A stretch of DNA of 64,000 nucleotides from Malacoraja senta (lineage: Eukaryota). Below the pieces are notes generated by a model. That model was not told the DNA's origin. It searched no databases and was given only the letters and a program-made list of their open reading frames with translations. Shown piece after piece: positions 38,666-49,740 of the stretch. A program made the translations under genes and the position numbers. Each line of letters opens with the position of its first letter. Position 1 is the first letter of the stretch. The stretch lies in assembly GCA_038087875.1 (NCBI GenBank), contig CM075992.1, positions 1,924,001 through 1,988,000 of the forward strand, given 5' to 3'.

Positions 38666-39879
38666 CGACTATAGAGAAGGCTGGAGTAGACATTTTGAAG
38701 GTCATGGCTTCAATAGCCGTTCTCCAGAAATATAATATTCATCTCCTGGGCACAACCTGGTCCGTTCTAAAATCCTTAATGTTTTCAATTGCTACTCAAT
38801 GTCATGTTTTGTGCCCACAGGCAGTGCTGACAGATATTTGGAAATATGATCCATCAGACATTTGATCTGGTGAAAAATGTTGCCTTCTGGATTTCTTATA
38901 CTTTGTCACAGCTGTGTGACCAGGGGCCTCCTCTGGAATGGAAAGATTATAGTGCAATCTGTAGATTGCTTTGTCTTCTCTTTTGTTCAGTGAAGTGTTG
39001 GCTCCATGCACATTGAGTCTCAGTCAAGTGCCTGTTTTTATTGTGTAAATAAATGCACGGATTGATGATATTTGCAAGTGGCGAGAGAAGTTATGAATCC
39101 AAAATGGAGCCACTTTTCTGAAATGAACAACCTATCTGAGCCCACTACTCAGATCATCATCACCATCTTAAGTCTGAAGAAGTCCCGATCTGAAACGTCG
39201 CCTGTCCATTCCCTCCCCAGATGCTGCCCGACCTGCTGAGTTCCTCCAGCACCTTGTGTTTTGATCATAGTCCAAAATCTAGAAGAAACATGGAGAGATT
39301 TGAAATAAACACTGTTTTCTGCAAGTGCTTCACGGACCAGGCTGCTTTCGAGGAAGGAAAAGCAGAGTTCACAGTGACATTTCATGAGAAGTTTGGTGAG
39401 GTCTCAAAATGAGATCTGTGTGGGCAAGTTGGTTGGTGTGGGCCTGTTTCCACGCTGTATGAATCTACGACTCTGTAGCAAGGGTGGGAGATGTTTGGAT
39501 GTGAGGAAGAGGCTGCATAGAAATGGAATAAGTGAGGATCATCCTGCACAAAATCCTTATGGACACTCGGGGACAATAATGAGGTTGGGACAGCACAGGG
39601 GGGTATGCTGTAATGTTAGAAGGGGGAGTATTGAATGAATAATGTACTGTTAGAGGGCAGCACTGAGGAAGTGCTGCACCTATGGAGGTTGGTCATAAGA
39701 ACGTAAGTGATAGGAGTAAAATTAGGCCATTCGGCCCATCACGACCACTCCGCCATTCAATCATGGCTGGTCTATCGCTCTCTCCTCACCCCATTCTCCA
39801 GCCTTCTCCCCATAACGCCCGACACCCAATGTTAATACGTATTGAGGAAGTGTAGAGTTGGAGATAGTACCAGTGGAGG

Positions 39880-40200
39880 CACAGTGTTGAGTACTGCATT
39901 GAAGAGGGGCAACACCATGGGGGACTTACTTCAGCTGAGACGCCAGGCTGGTTTGCCATGCTGCTCCCTTGCTGAATGTAAAAGTTCCCGTGGTATCATT
40001 TGCAAGTCCAGCTGGCAAACTGTTCCCAGAATTCCATGGGCCAATGTCTGACTCGCTCTCAAAAGACTAAAAGTCAATTACTGGGCACATATCCCAGTGC
40101 AAATTACTGTGTTTCTTTACAATACAGCAGTGACTTCACTTGAAAAAAAATTGGCTGTTAGTCACTTCAGGATGTTCCTCTCTCGTGTCTAAAAGATGTT
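39880..40200 (+). mobile_element. Ancient Deu-domain SINE remnant
   Basis: ATGTAAAAGTTCCCGTGG...GTGCAAATT...CAGCAGTGACTTCACTTGAAAA...TTGGCTGT. Confidence 0.5.
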
Positions 40201-40614
40201 GTGACCTCTTCAATAAATCTCACTCCAATAACTCATTGCTCTCCCTGTCGAATTTATCCTGAATGTGTCACTGTTCAGGTTACCCTGGTCCTTCAGAGCC
40301 AGCCATTTGTTGTGTATCAACTGTATCTCCAACATGTATCACTCCTAACATTGATGTAACTAGAGGCTCCACTTGCTGATGGTAAAAATAAAGACTCCAT
40401 TTCCAAAGGGTGAATTGTTCACGGCTGTTTTAACAGTGACAACAAGCTGAAATTCGCTTTTTGTCTCTTTGCTTATGTTCCCTTTTTCCTTTGTAAATGC
40501 AGCTCTGCCAGGATTGAGTGGTAACTCTGCACCCCTATCCTCACCCCACACCCAGTCCCGACAGGGGTCATGATGCTTGCTGGCTTAATCTCAAAGGAAA
40601 TTGCATTTACACCT

Positions 40615-41225
40615 GTGGAGGAAGGAACTACAGATGCTGGTTTACACCAAAGATAGACACAAAATGCTGGAGTAACTCAGCGGGACAGGCAGCATCTCTG
40701 GAGAGAAGAAATGGGTGAGGTTTCGGCCAACGTAAGTCGTATTCAGTGGTATAGTGGGCTTGGAGCGTCTGGTGGACTTCCCCTGCTCTTATTTCCTTAT
40801 GTTTTTAATGGATAAATGAGAATGTGATTTCAAACAGGGTGGAAGTAACATTAGGAAGGATATAATCACAGGGCATCGCAGACATCAGCAGTCCAGACCA
40901 CTCGTTGGACCAAGTTTCTGGGCTGTAATTGTGTTGTAAATTCCATCTAAGAATCAGCACAATGCATGTGATACGTCATACTAAATCGAGATCTCTACAC
41001 CCATGTCACCTGCATGCAAACACACACGTATGTACACACTCAAACACACCCACATGCCCACCCTCCCCTTCCATATCTCTCCTGACTCTCAGTCTGAAGG
41101 AGGGTCTCGACCCGAAACGTCACCCATTCCTTCTCTCCAGAGACGCTGTCTGTCCCGCTGAGTTACTCCAGCATTTTGTGTCTGTCTTCGGTGTAAACCA
41201 ACATCTGCAGTTCCTTCCTGCACAC
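40615..41225. mobile_element. Two PLE family A arms (40615-40725 -, 41090-41225 +)
   Basis: Consensus arms with tails. Confidence 0.8.
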
Positions 41226-42065
41226 ACCACCACCAATGCCCACACCATATGCTCCCGCGTAAAAATGCACGGGATATGTTTCAGGTATTTCTCATTCACT
41301 TTTACTTATTAAAAAACAATGTTGAGTCAAGTTCCCCAAACCGAAAAGTCTTATTTTCTGCATTATTTTTATACCCGAGCACGTCCCCTGCACAACCACG
41401 CACATAATGATACAAGGAAATTACATGTCAAAATAATTGCTGCTTAGCATGCTCGATCTCAATGGTTGGCACATTCGGCTCCGAACGTCGCAAACATCTG
41501 TCATGCCTAAAAGGCTAAAATTATCTCAAATTCTGAGCGAGAGCCGACTCCCGTGTCGCCAGGATGCCAAGCATCACACACTGAGTCACTGAATACTGCA
41601 TAAATGATAGGATTTCTTCATTCATAAAACACAGCTCTGACAGGCTGCGTATCTTAAACCCTTCTTCCTAGTTGGAGCCCTGAGGAGCAATTGCCTTCGT
41701 TATTCAGTGAAGCCAAATGCAAATTACATCACTAATTTATGCCAGTCTGGTAGTTAGTTCAGTATACATATCTCTGTATTTTTTTTAAAAAGACTAAATT
41801 ATTTCCTCTGAGCAGAGCTGACATGTGCAAGGACATTCAGACCAGAAGCCAATCAAGCTCTTGCATCTGTCCAGTTTCGTTTCTTGTCACGTGCACCAAG
41901 GTACAGTGAACAGCTTTGGTTACGTGCCAAGCAGTCAGTGGAAAGATTACAATCGAGCCATTCGCAGTGTACAGATACATGATAAGGGAATAACGTTTGG
42001 TGCATGGTAAAGCCAATAAAGTCTGATCAAAGATAGTCCAATGGTCCCCGATGAGCTAGAGAGTA

Positions 42066-42610
42066 ATTACGGAGAGTCGGTTTGTCAAGGAGGACTCTCT
42101 CTAACTTCTACAGGTGCACAGTAGAGAGCATGCTGACCGGTTGCATCGTGGCTTGGTTCGGCAACTTGAGTGCCCTGGAGAGGAAAAGACTACAAAAAGT
42201 AGTAAACACTGCCCAGTCCATCATCGGCTCTGACCTCCCTTCCATCGAGGGGATCTACCACAGTCGCTGCCTCAAAAAGGCTGGCAGTATCATCAAGGAC
42301 CCACACCATCCTGGCCACACACTCATCTCCCTACTACCTTCAGGTAGAAGGTACAGGAGCCTGAAGACTGCAACGACCAGGTTCAGGAACAGCTACTTCC
42401 CCACAGCCATCAGGCTATTAAACCTGGCTCGGACATAACACTGAACTTTACTAGCCAATACTGTTATTTGCACTTTATCAGTATATTGACCATTGTGTAT
42501 ATATTTATAGAATGCCTTGTAGTAAATGCCTACTATGTTCTGTTGTGCTCAAGCAAAGCAAGAATTTCATTGTCCTACCAGGGACACGTGACAATAAACT
42601 CACTTGACTT
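42066..42610 (+). mobile_element. Young Rex1/Babar LINE 3' fragment nested in an older antisense Rex remnant (~41880-42700)
   Basis: NFYRCTVESMLTGCIVAWFG...LLPSGRRYRS...RFRNSYFPTAIRLLN; GAGTA duplication at 42061-42065 and 42611-42615. Confidence 0.9.
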
Positions 42611-42753
42611 GAGTAGTTCAACACTTCTCTCTGGTTGCTCCTGTTACAGATGCCTGATAACAGCTGGGAAGAAACTGTCCCTGAATCTGGAGGTGTGCAT
42701 CCTCCTGGTGTCCAATCTCATGCTGAATGGCCAAGTATCAGGGTCCATTGGAA

Positions 42754-42968
42754 GTGGACAAAAGTGCTGGAGAAACACAGCGGGTGAGGCAGCATCTATG
42801 GAGGGAAGGAATAGGTGACGTTTCGGGTCGAGACCCTTCTTCAGTCTGAAGAAGTCTCCTTCGTCACCTATTCCTTCCCTCCATAGAAGCTGCCTCACCC
42901 AGCTGACTTTCTCCAGCATTTTTGTCTACCTTCGATTTTTCCAGCATCTGCAGTTCATTCTTAAACAC
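42754..42968 (+). mobile_element. PLE palindromic fragment (source of the copy at 46281)
   Basis: TSD CAGGGTYCATTGGAA at 42739-42753 and 42968-42982. Confidence 0.88.
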
Positions 42969-44134
42969 AGGGTTCATTGGAAAGCTTGTTCCATTGACAG
43001 TAGAGATCCAGGAAATACGATCCTGTTATTCATTTCTTTAGTCATTCATTACATCCCATCTCAAATGTTCTGGTTTTTTCCCTGCACTTCTACACCTTTC
43101 TGCTCCTTGCTTAAACCCTGTTATATCTCCAACCTTTCACAGACCTGATCGAAGGCATTCCCCTGGATGTTGACTCTCCATCCACAGGTCCTTCCCCATT
43201 TGCTGAAGATGTCCACCATTTTCTGGTTTTATTTCAAATTTTCTGCATGAGTGTATTCTGAGTTTTTTTTTCATGCATTTTTTTTGTAGTATGATTAATA
43301 CGTAAATGATTAGTACGGGTGTTAGGGGTTGTGGGGAGAAGGCAGGAGAATGGGTTCAGGAGGGAGAGATAGATCAGCCATGATTGAACTTGATGGGCTG
43401 AATGGCCTAATTCTGCTCCTATCACTTATGAACTTATGAAATCATCCAAGATTTAAAGCAACTGCTTCTACCTATCAAAGACGAAGGTTTAGCAGGGGAC
43501 CATTGTAAAAATGCTAACTTTTCTTCCTGGAGTTTTTCACTGTATCTCGGTACACGTGACATTAATAAGCCAGTACCAATACCAGCAACTTGTTGCTGTG
43601 TTTTTAATTATATGTTTCATTGCTTGTTGGTTAAATATTGTCACATAGACTAAGGCACAGTGTAAATCCAGTCCCAGCCCAGTTTGACCCACACTAGCCT
43701 GAACCAGCACATACATACCTGCCCTGACCTGCTATCTCCCAGCTCAGCCCTGCCCCCTGTCCTGAACCATCCCTGCCCATGTACTCATCCATTCCTGCCC
43801 AAATGCAGCCTGGTTTGGCTTGGACCAGCCCAACACACAATCGCTCCATGTTTGGCTGGAACTTTGCTCTGTTTTATTTCTGTTGTAGGGTCAACAATAG
43901 TGAGGGCTAACTAACAACTAGTCAATAGAGTTGTGGATTGTGCTAATGTGGTGACAGGAAACCGCACACAAAGCCTAACTGGAATCTCCTCATCGTAACA
44001 GAAATTTACATCTACTGTTGACCAATTTAGACTTGTGGATCATCATCCAATTGCGTCCGTGACCTCATTAAGTCTTTCTGAGTCCAATTCTGTAATTAAG
44101 ATCTTGTTTTATTGTTAATCAAGTCTCTGTGCAA

Positions 44135-44410
44135 GATAGGAATAGGAATAGGAATACTTTATTGTCACGTGACTAAGCACAGAGAGATTCTTTGCTTGCA
44201 TACACAATGTATACAAATAGCAGCCACCTACGGCGCTGAAAAGGTCACAAAGCACGCCGGCTCCCCCTTTTTCCCCCCTCCTCCCCACCATAGCAGTCCC
44301 CCCCACACCGGGTCCCCATTGTCCTTTGCCCCCCCCCCCTCCCCACCCATTGTCCATTGTTCTTTCCCTCTCCCTTCATGGTGGTCCCCCCGCGCCGCGT
44401 CTCGTTCGTT
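44135..44410 (-). mobile_element. Rex1/Babar-type 3' UTR with (TATTCC)n tail
   Basis: Same family as 50186-50440. Confidence 0.65.
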
Positions 44411-44593
44411 ACATTGTTCGTGGTTTCTGTAATTAAGACCTCGATTTACTGTTAATCAAGTTTCTGAGTCCTTTACCCGTTGTACTTGTGTATGGATTGA
44501 ATGCACTCCTGCGCGGTCTAATTCGCCTGCATAGCACACAAACACTGTATCTCGGTACACGTGACATTAATAAGCCAGTACCAATGCCAGCAA

Positions 44594-44782
44594 AGGTAGA
44601 CAAAATTGCTGGAGAAACTCAGCGGGTACGGCAGCATCTATGGAGCGAAGGAAATAGGCAACGTTTCGGGCCGAAACGTTGCCTATTTCCTTCGCTCCAT
44701 AGATGCTGCCGTACCCGCTGAGTTTCTCCAGCAATTTTGTCTACCTTCGATTTTCCAGCATCTGCAGATCCTTCTTGAACAC
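44594..44782 (+). mobile_element. PLE family B fold-back palindrome
   Basis: Centre at 44670; 14-bp TSD ACCAATNNCAGCAA. Confidence 0.9.
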
Positions 44783-44827
44783 CAATAGCAGCAACTTGTT
44801 GCTGTGTTTTTAATTATATGTTTCATT

Positions 44828-45008
44828 TCCTGGGGCCAATGTTACAAAAAACATACAACTCTATTTATTGTTGTTGTCCATCTGTGCACAATATGGCTGC
44901 CGTGCTTGCAATTTGTGACAATTGTAATTCTTCACAAATATTTAATTAGCGGCAAGCTAAAACATCCTCAGAATTTAAAAGGTGTTGTAAAAATGCTAAT
45001 ATTTCTTC
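44828..45008 (+). mobile_element. Ancient Deu-domain SINE 3' remnant
   Basis: CTGTGCACAATATGGCTGCCG...CTTCACAAATATTTAATTAGC. Confidence 0.45.
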
Positions 45009-45072
45009 CTGGATATGGCACAGGGTTATGAATGAATTATAAGATATTGGTTGCATTTAAGAGGGTTAACAT

Positions 45073-45343
45073 ACTGAGATGAGGAAAAAAACTTTTCACC
45101 CAGAGAGTTGTGAATCTGTGGAATTCTCTGCCACAGAAGGCAGTGGAGGCCAATTCACTGGATGTTTTCAAGAGAGAGTTAGATTTAACTCTTAGGGCTA
45201 ACGGAATCAAGGGATATGGGGAGAAAGCAGGAATGGGGTACTGATTGTGGATGATCAGCCGTGATCATATTGAATGGCAATGCTGGCTCGAAGGGCCGAA
45301 TGGCCTACCCCTGCACCTATTTTCAATATTTCTATGTTTCTAT
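45073..45343 (+). mobile_element. CR1 3' fragment
   Basis: FFTQRVVNLWNSLPQKAVEA; TTTCTAT tail. Confidence 0.9.
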
Positions 45344-45417
45344 AGCAGTGGTAAAATATTTTAGTCGTGCATCAAGAAACACAACCAAGAATATATGGTC
45401 AGAACCAAGAACACAAC

Positions 45418-45807
45418 CAGTCTGAAGAAGGGTTTCGGCCCAAAACGTTACCTATTTCCTTCGCTCCATAGATGCTGCTGCACCCGCTGAGTTTCTCCAG
45501 CATTTTTGTGTACCTTCGATTTTCCAGCATCTGCAGTTCCTTCTTTAACACTTTGTCTACTCCACTGCGAAATCTCGTCAAGGTATGCCTACTTTGAAGA
45601 AGTTCTCCTCCTCTCTCCGGAGACTGTTCCACAACCAACTCTCTAACTGCCCCATCTCTGTGATCCCCCCTGCCCTCCAACTCCAAGACCACATCCTTAC
45701 CCAAAAAAAGCAGTCTGAAGAAGGGTTTCGGCCCGAAACGTTACCTATTTCCTTCGCTCCATAGATGCTGCTGCACCCGCTGAGTTTCTCCAGCATTTTT
45801 GTGTACC
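45418..45807 (+). mobile_element. PLE family B: two direct pLTR arms flanking the probable element 5' body
   Basis: Hammerhead-like motifs at 45422 and 45715; 16-bp TSD ACCAAGAATATATGGT. Confidence 0.85.
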
Positions 45808-46280
45808 AAGAATATATGGTACTACTTTGTCAATGAGTCAATGTGAGAGATGTCACCTGCTAGGTTGCGGACAGGCATCAAAGATCACTTTGGTTTTCAA
45901 GAATTTATGTTATTACAAGAAACGCCTGTGGAAATATGCTCTCTTGTGGAAAAATAAATTCCAGTGGTGCCTTAAATAATGAAGCAAATCAATCTATGGT
46001 GGATGCTTCAAAACCCAGGAGAGGAGTTAAAAGTGAAGAAAATGGGCTATGAAATTTTAGGAACATGGTGGAAAGGCCAAGCGAAGTTGGTGTTTGACGT
46101 AGCGTGCGATTTATTAAAACTGGTGCACCAGGAGACCAGTTAAAGCTGATCTGTCAAGTGTGTGACTTTGGTACATTCACAGATGGAAAGTGTTGCACTG
46201 ACATAAAAAATTGCAAAGGACCAAGTGTGTGGATCAGCCCACTTTCTATGGGCTGGACTAAGTGAATCAGCTGTGTGAAT

Positions 46281-46600
46281 TCAGACTGAAGGAGGGTCTC
46301 GACCCGAAACGTCACCTATTCCTTCGCTCCATAGATGCTGCCTCACCCGCTGAGTTTCTCCAGCATTTCTGTCCACTTCCAATGGACCCTGATACTTGGG
46401 CATTCAGCATGAGATCGGATACCAGGAGGATGCACATCTCCAGATTCAGGGACAGTTTCTTCCCAGCTGTTATCAGGCAACTGTACCAGGAACAACCAGA
46501 GAGAAGTCCTGAACTACTCTCTAGCTCATCGGGGACCATTGGACTATCTTTGATCAGACTTTATTGGCTTTCCCAAGCACCAAACGTTATTCCCTTATGT
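46281..46600. repeat. Inverted copy of 41981-42850 lacking the young Rex insert
   Basis: The reverse complement aligns across Rex remnant, unique DNA and PLE arm. Confidence 0.9.
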
Positions 46601-46707
46601 TCGGGCTGTGTGAGTGACATCTGGATTTAGAGACAGGTCTGCGTCACCCGTCTGAAGGTGGAGCACAAGCTGTGTGAATAAACATAGACACAAAGTGGTA
46701 TTGTATC

Positions 46708-46911
46708 TAGACAACAATGCTGGAGAAACTCAGCGGGTGAGGCAGCATCTATGGAGCGAAGGAAATATCCAACATTTCGGGCCGAAACCCTTCTTGAGGA
46801 CCGAAACGTTGCCTATTTCCTTCGCTCCATAGATGCTGCCTCACCCGCTGAGTTTCTCCAGCATTTTTGTCTACCTTCGATTTTCTAGCATCTGCAGTTC
46901 CTTCTTAAACA
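46708..46911 (+). mobile_element. PLE family B palindrome
   Basis: TSD GGTATTGTATC. Confidence 0.88.
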
Positions 46912-47064
46912 AGGTATTGTATCAAAGTGCTTTTGTACGGTGATACTTGTACTGAACTGTATACAAAAATGTATGTTACTGGGCCTCAGTACATGTAACA
47001 AATAAATGGAACCATTGAATTGCTCCTGGGTTCAGCAATCACTCTGTGACAGCCAGACATAAAC

Positions 47065-47312
47065 ACTGCTTTTTTCCACGAGTAATAGCTCTACTCAACA
47101 ACCAAACATCTGTAGCCTCCTTTTGCTCTGGTATTTTATTCAATTCACATGTTCAATCAATAATGTTTTATTATTAATGTTTCATGTTTTATATGTCGTT
47201 CCTAACTGTCACTGTATCTCGTTGTCACTTGTGGGTGGAGCACCAAGGCAAATTCCTTGTATGTGAATACTTGGCCAATAAACCTATTCATTCATTATTC
47301 ATTCATTCATCA
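47065..47312 (+). mobile_element. Rex1/Babar LINE 3' end with (ATTC)n tail
   Basis: FFPRVIALLN ORF end, 3' UTR and AATAAA. Confidence 0.8.
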
Positions 47313-47743
47313 TTCGTTCAATCACACTGTGTGGATCTTCTTTCCCTGCGTGACTCACATCTGTTTGTAGAGTTTGGACTGTGCAGATGACTTCTGGCTA
47401 TGCAGATTGGGTTCTGACAATCACCCCGGGCAGGATGCAAGGCTCATGTTGACGTGAATCGCCTCGTGGAGCTTGGTCTGCATGAAATGTCACACTACAA
47501 GGGAAGGGATTGTAACTCAGCTAGTTTGTAGCGCAGACTCTGAATGCTGGCTGCATGCAAAGCACAAAACGTGTGTGAGTCACCTCTGTGCCCATCGCAC
47601 AGAGTGTTTTTATTGATGGTGTGGAATGGCTGGCAAAATAGAACTCCGACTGTGTGAGTGGGCACTGCTGTCCATGTGAGTCACGGATGGGTGTCCAGCT
47701 CTAACTGTGTGAGCCACCTTGGGTTTGGAGATGGGATGGTCCG

Positions 47744-48220
47744 TTTTACCTTCGGAGATACAGCGCAGAAACAGACCTTTCAGCCCGCCATGTCCTTTCC
47801 GACCAGCGATCCCCGCACACTGATCCTGCACACACTGTAGGGACACTTTACTCTTACACCAAGCCAATTAACCCACAAACCCATACGCCTTTCAAGAGAG
47901 AGCTAGATAGGGCTCTTAAAAACAGCGGAGTCAGGGGATATGGGGAGAAGGCAGGAACGGGGTACTGATAGGGGATGATCAGCCATGATCGCATTGAATG
48001 GCGGTGCTGGCTCGAAGGGCCGAATGGCCTACTCCCGCACCTATTGCCTGTTGTCTATTGCCTTTGGAGTGTGGGAGGAAACCGGAGATCCCAGAGAAAA
48101 CCCACACAGGTCACGGGGAGAACGTACAAACTCTGTACAGACAGCACCCGTGGTCAGGGTCAAACCCGGGTCCCTGGCGCTGTAAGGTAGCTCCTCTATC
48201 GCTGCTCCACCGTGCCGCCC
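47744..48220 (-). mobile_element. HE1-type V-SINE split by a CR1 3' end (47890-48060, +)
   Basis: SINE tail, V-domain and tRNA head; CR1 with (TATTGTC)n-type tail. Confidence 0.85.
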
Positions 48221-48237
48221 GTGTACCTCTTGCTATA

Positions 48238-49255
48238 GGCAAAAACAGGAAAGCAGACTATTTTCTAAATGGTGGCCGACTAGGAAAAGGGGAGATGCAG
48301 CGAGACCTGGGTGTCATGGTACACCAGTCATTGAAAGTAGGCAAAGTGTTAAAGAAGGAACTGCAGATGCTGGAAAATCGAAGGTACACAAAAATGCTGG
48401 AGAAACTCAGCGGGTGCAGCAGCATCTATGGAGCGAAGGAAATAGGTAACGTTTCGGGCCGAAACCTGAAGAAGGGTTTCGGCCCGAAACGTTACCTATT
48501 TCCTTCGCTCCATAGATGCTGCTGCACCCGCTGAGTTTCTCCAGCATTTTTGTGTACCTATTGAAAGTAGGCATGCAGGTGCAGCAGGCAGTGAAGAAAG
48601 CGAATGGTATGTTGGCCTTCATAGCAAAAGGATTTGAGTATAGGAGCAGGGAGGTTCTACTGCAGTTGTACAGGGTCTTGGTGAGACCACACCTGGAGTA
48701 TTGCGTACAGTTTTGGTCTCCAAATCTGAGGAAGGACATTATAGCCATAGAGGGAGTGCAGAGAAGGTTCACCAGACTGATTCCTGGGATGTCAGGACTG
48801 TCTTATGAAGAAAGACTGGATAGACTTGGTTTATACTCTCTAGAATTTAGGAGATTGAGAGGGGATGTTATAGAAACTTACAAAATTCTTAAGGGGTTGG
48901 ACAGGCTAGATGCAGGAAGATTGCTCCCGATGTTGGGGAAGTCCAGGACAAGGGGTCACAGCTTAAGGATAAGGGGGAAATCCTTTAAAACCGAGATGAG
49001 AAGAACTTTTTTCACACAGGTGGTGAATCTCTGGAACTCTCTGCCACAGAGGGTAGTCGAGGCCAGTTCATTGGCTATATTTAAGAGGGAGCTAGATGTG
49101 GCCCTTGTGGCTAAAGGGATCAGGGGGTATGGAGAGAAGGCAGGTACGGGATACTGAGTTGGATGATCAGCCATGATCATATTGAATGGCGGTGCAGGCT
49201 CGAAGGGCCGAATGGCCTACTCCTGCACCTATTTTCTATGTTTCTATGTTTCTAT
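48238..49255 (+). mobile_element. Young CR1 fragment interrupted by PLE-B (48344-48559)
   Basis: RDLGVMVHQSLKVG^MQVQQAVKKANGML...; TSD ATTGAAAGTAGGCA at 48330-48343 and 48560-48573. Confidence 0.93.
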
Positions 49256-49740
49256 AGAGGTTGCATTGATTCAATTGTTCAGACTGTGTGCAATGCATCT
49301 GCCTGTGGAGCTCACTCTGTGCTCACTGCAGTCCCACTGTAACTCAGCTCTATGTTTGCAGCTCAGATTACATGCAGTGGCTAAGTGTACACACTGGCCG
49401 TGCCAACCTCTGGGTGGATACCTCATGCCATGTTGATCCCCACAGGGTGTAAAGTTTCGACGGTGAGAATTACCGCTCTGACTTGGAGTTGGAGTATGTG
49501 AATCAAGGTCTTGATTAGTACGGGTGTCAGAGGTTATGGGGAGAAGGCAGGAGAATGGGGTTAGGAGGGAGAGATAGATCAGGCATGATTGATCAGACTT
49601 GATGGGCCAAATGGCCTAATTCTACTCCTATTCCTTATGACCTTATGAATTGTCTCCATGGTAGTGGTCAGTCTGTGTGTCACATCTGGATGTAAGATTT
49701 GGATGGTGTCAATTCACTCTGTGCGAGGATCCTAGACTTC

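Noticed and set aside
43150..43172. RRHS-like peptide resembling the PDE4D3/B4 first exon
   Set aside because: Lies in a decayed PLE terminus; no SWIC and no donor.
44993..45020. TCCTGGATATG (SWI) resembling the end of a PDE4D3-type exon
   Set aside because: No GT donor or upstream RRH; it is the end of a SINE remnant.
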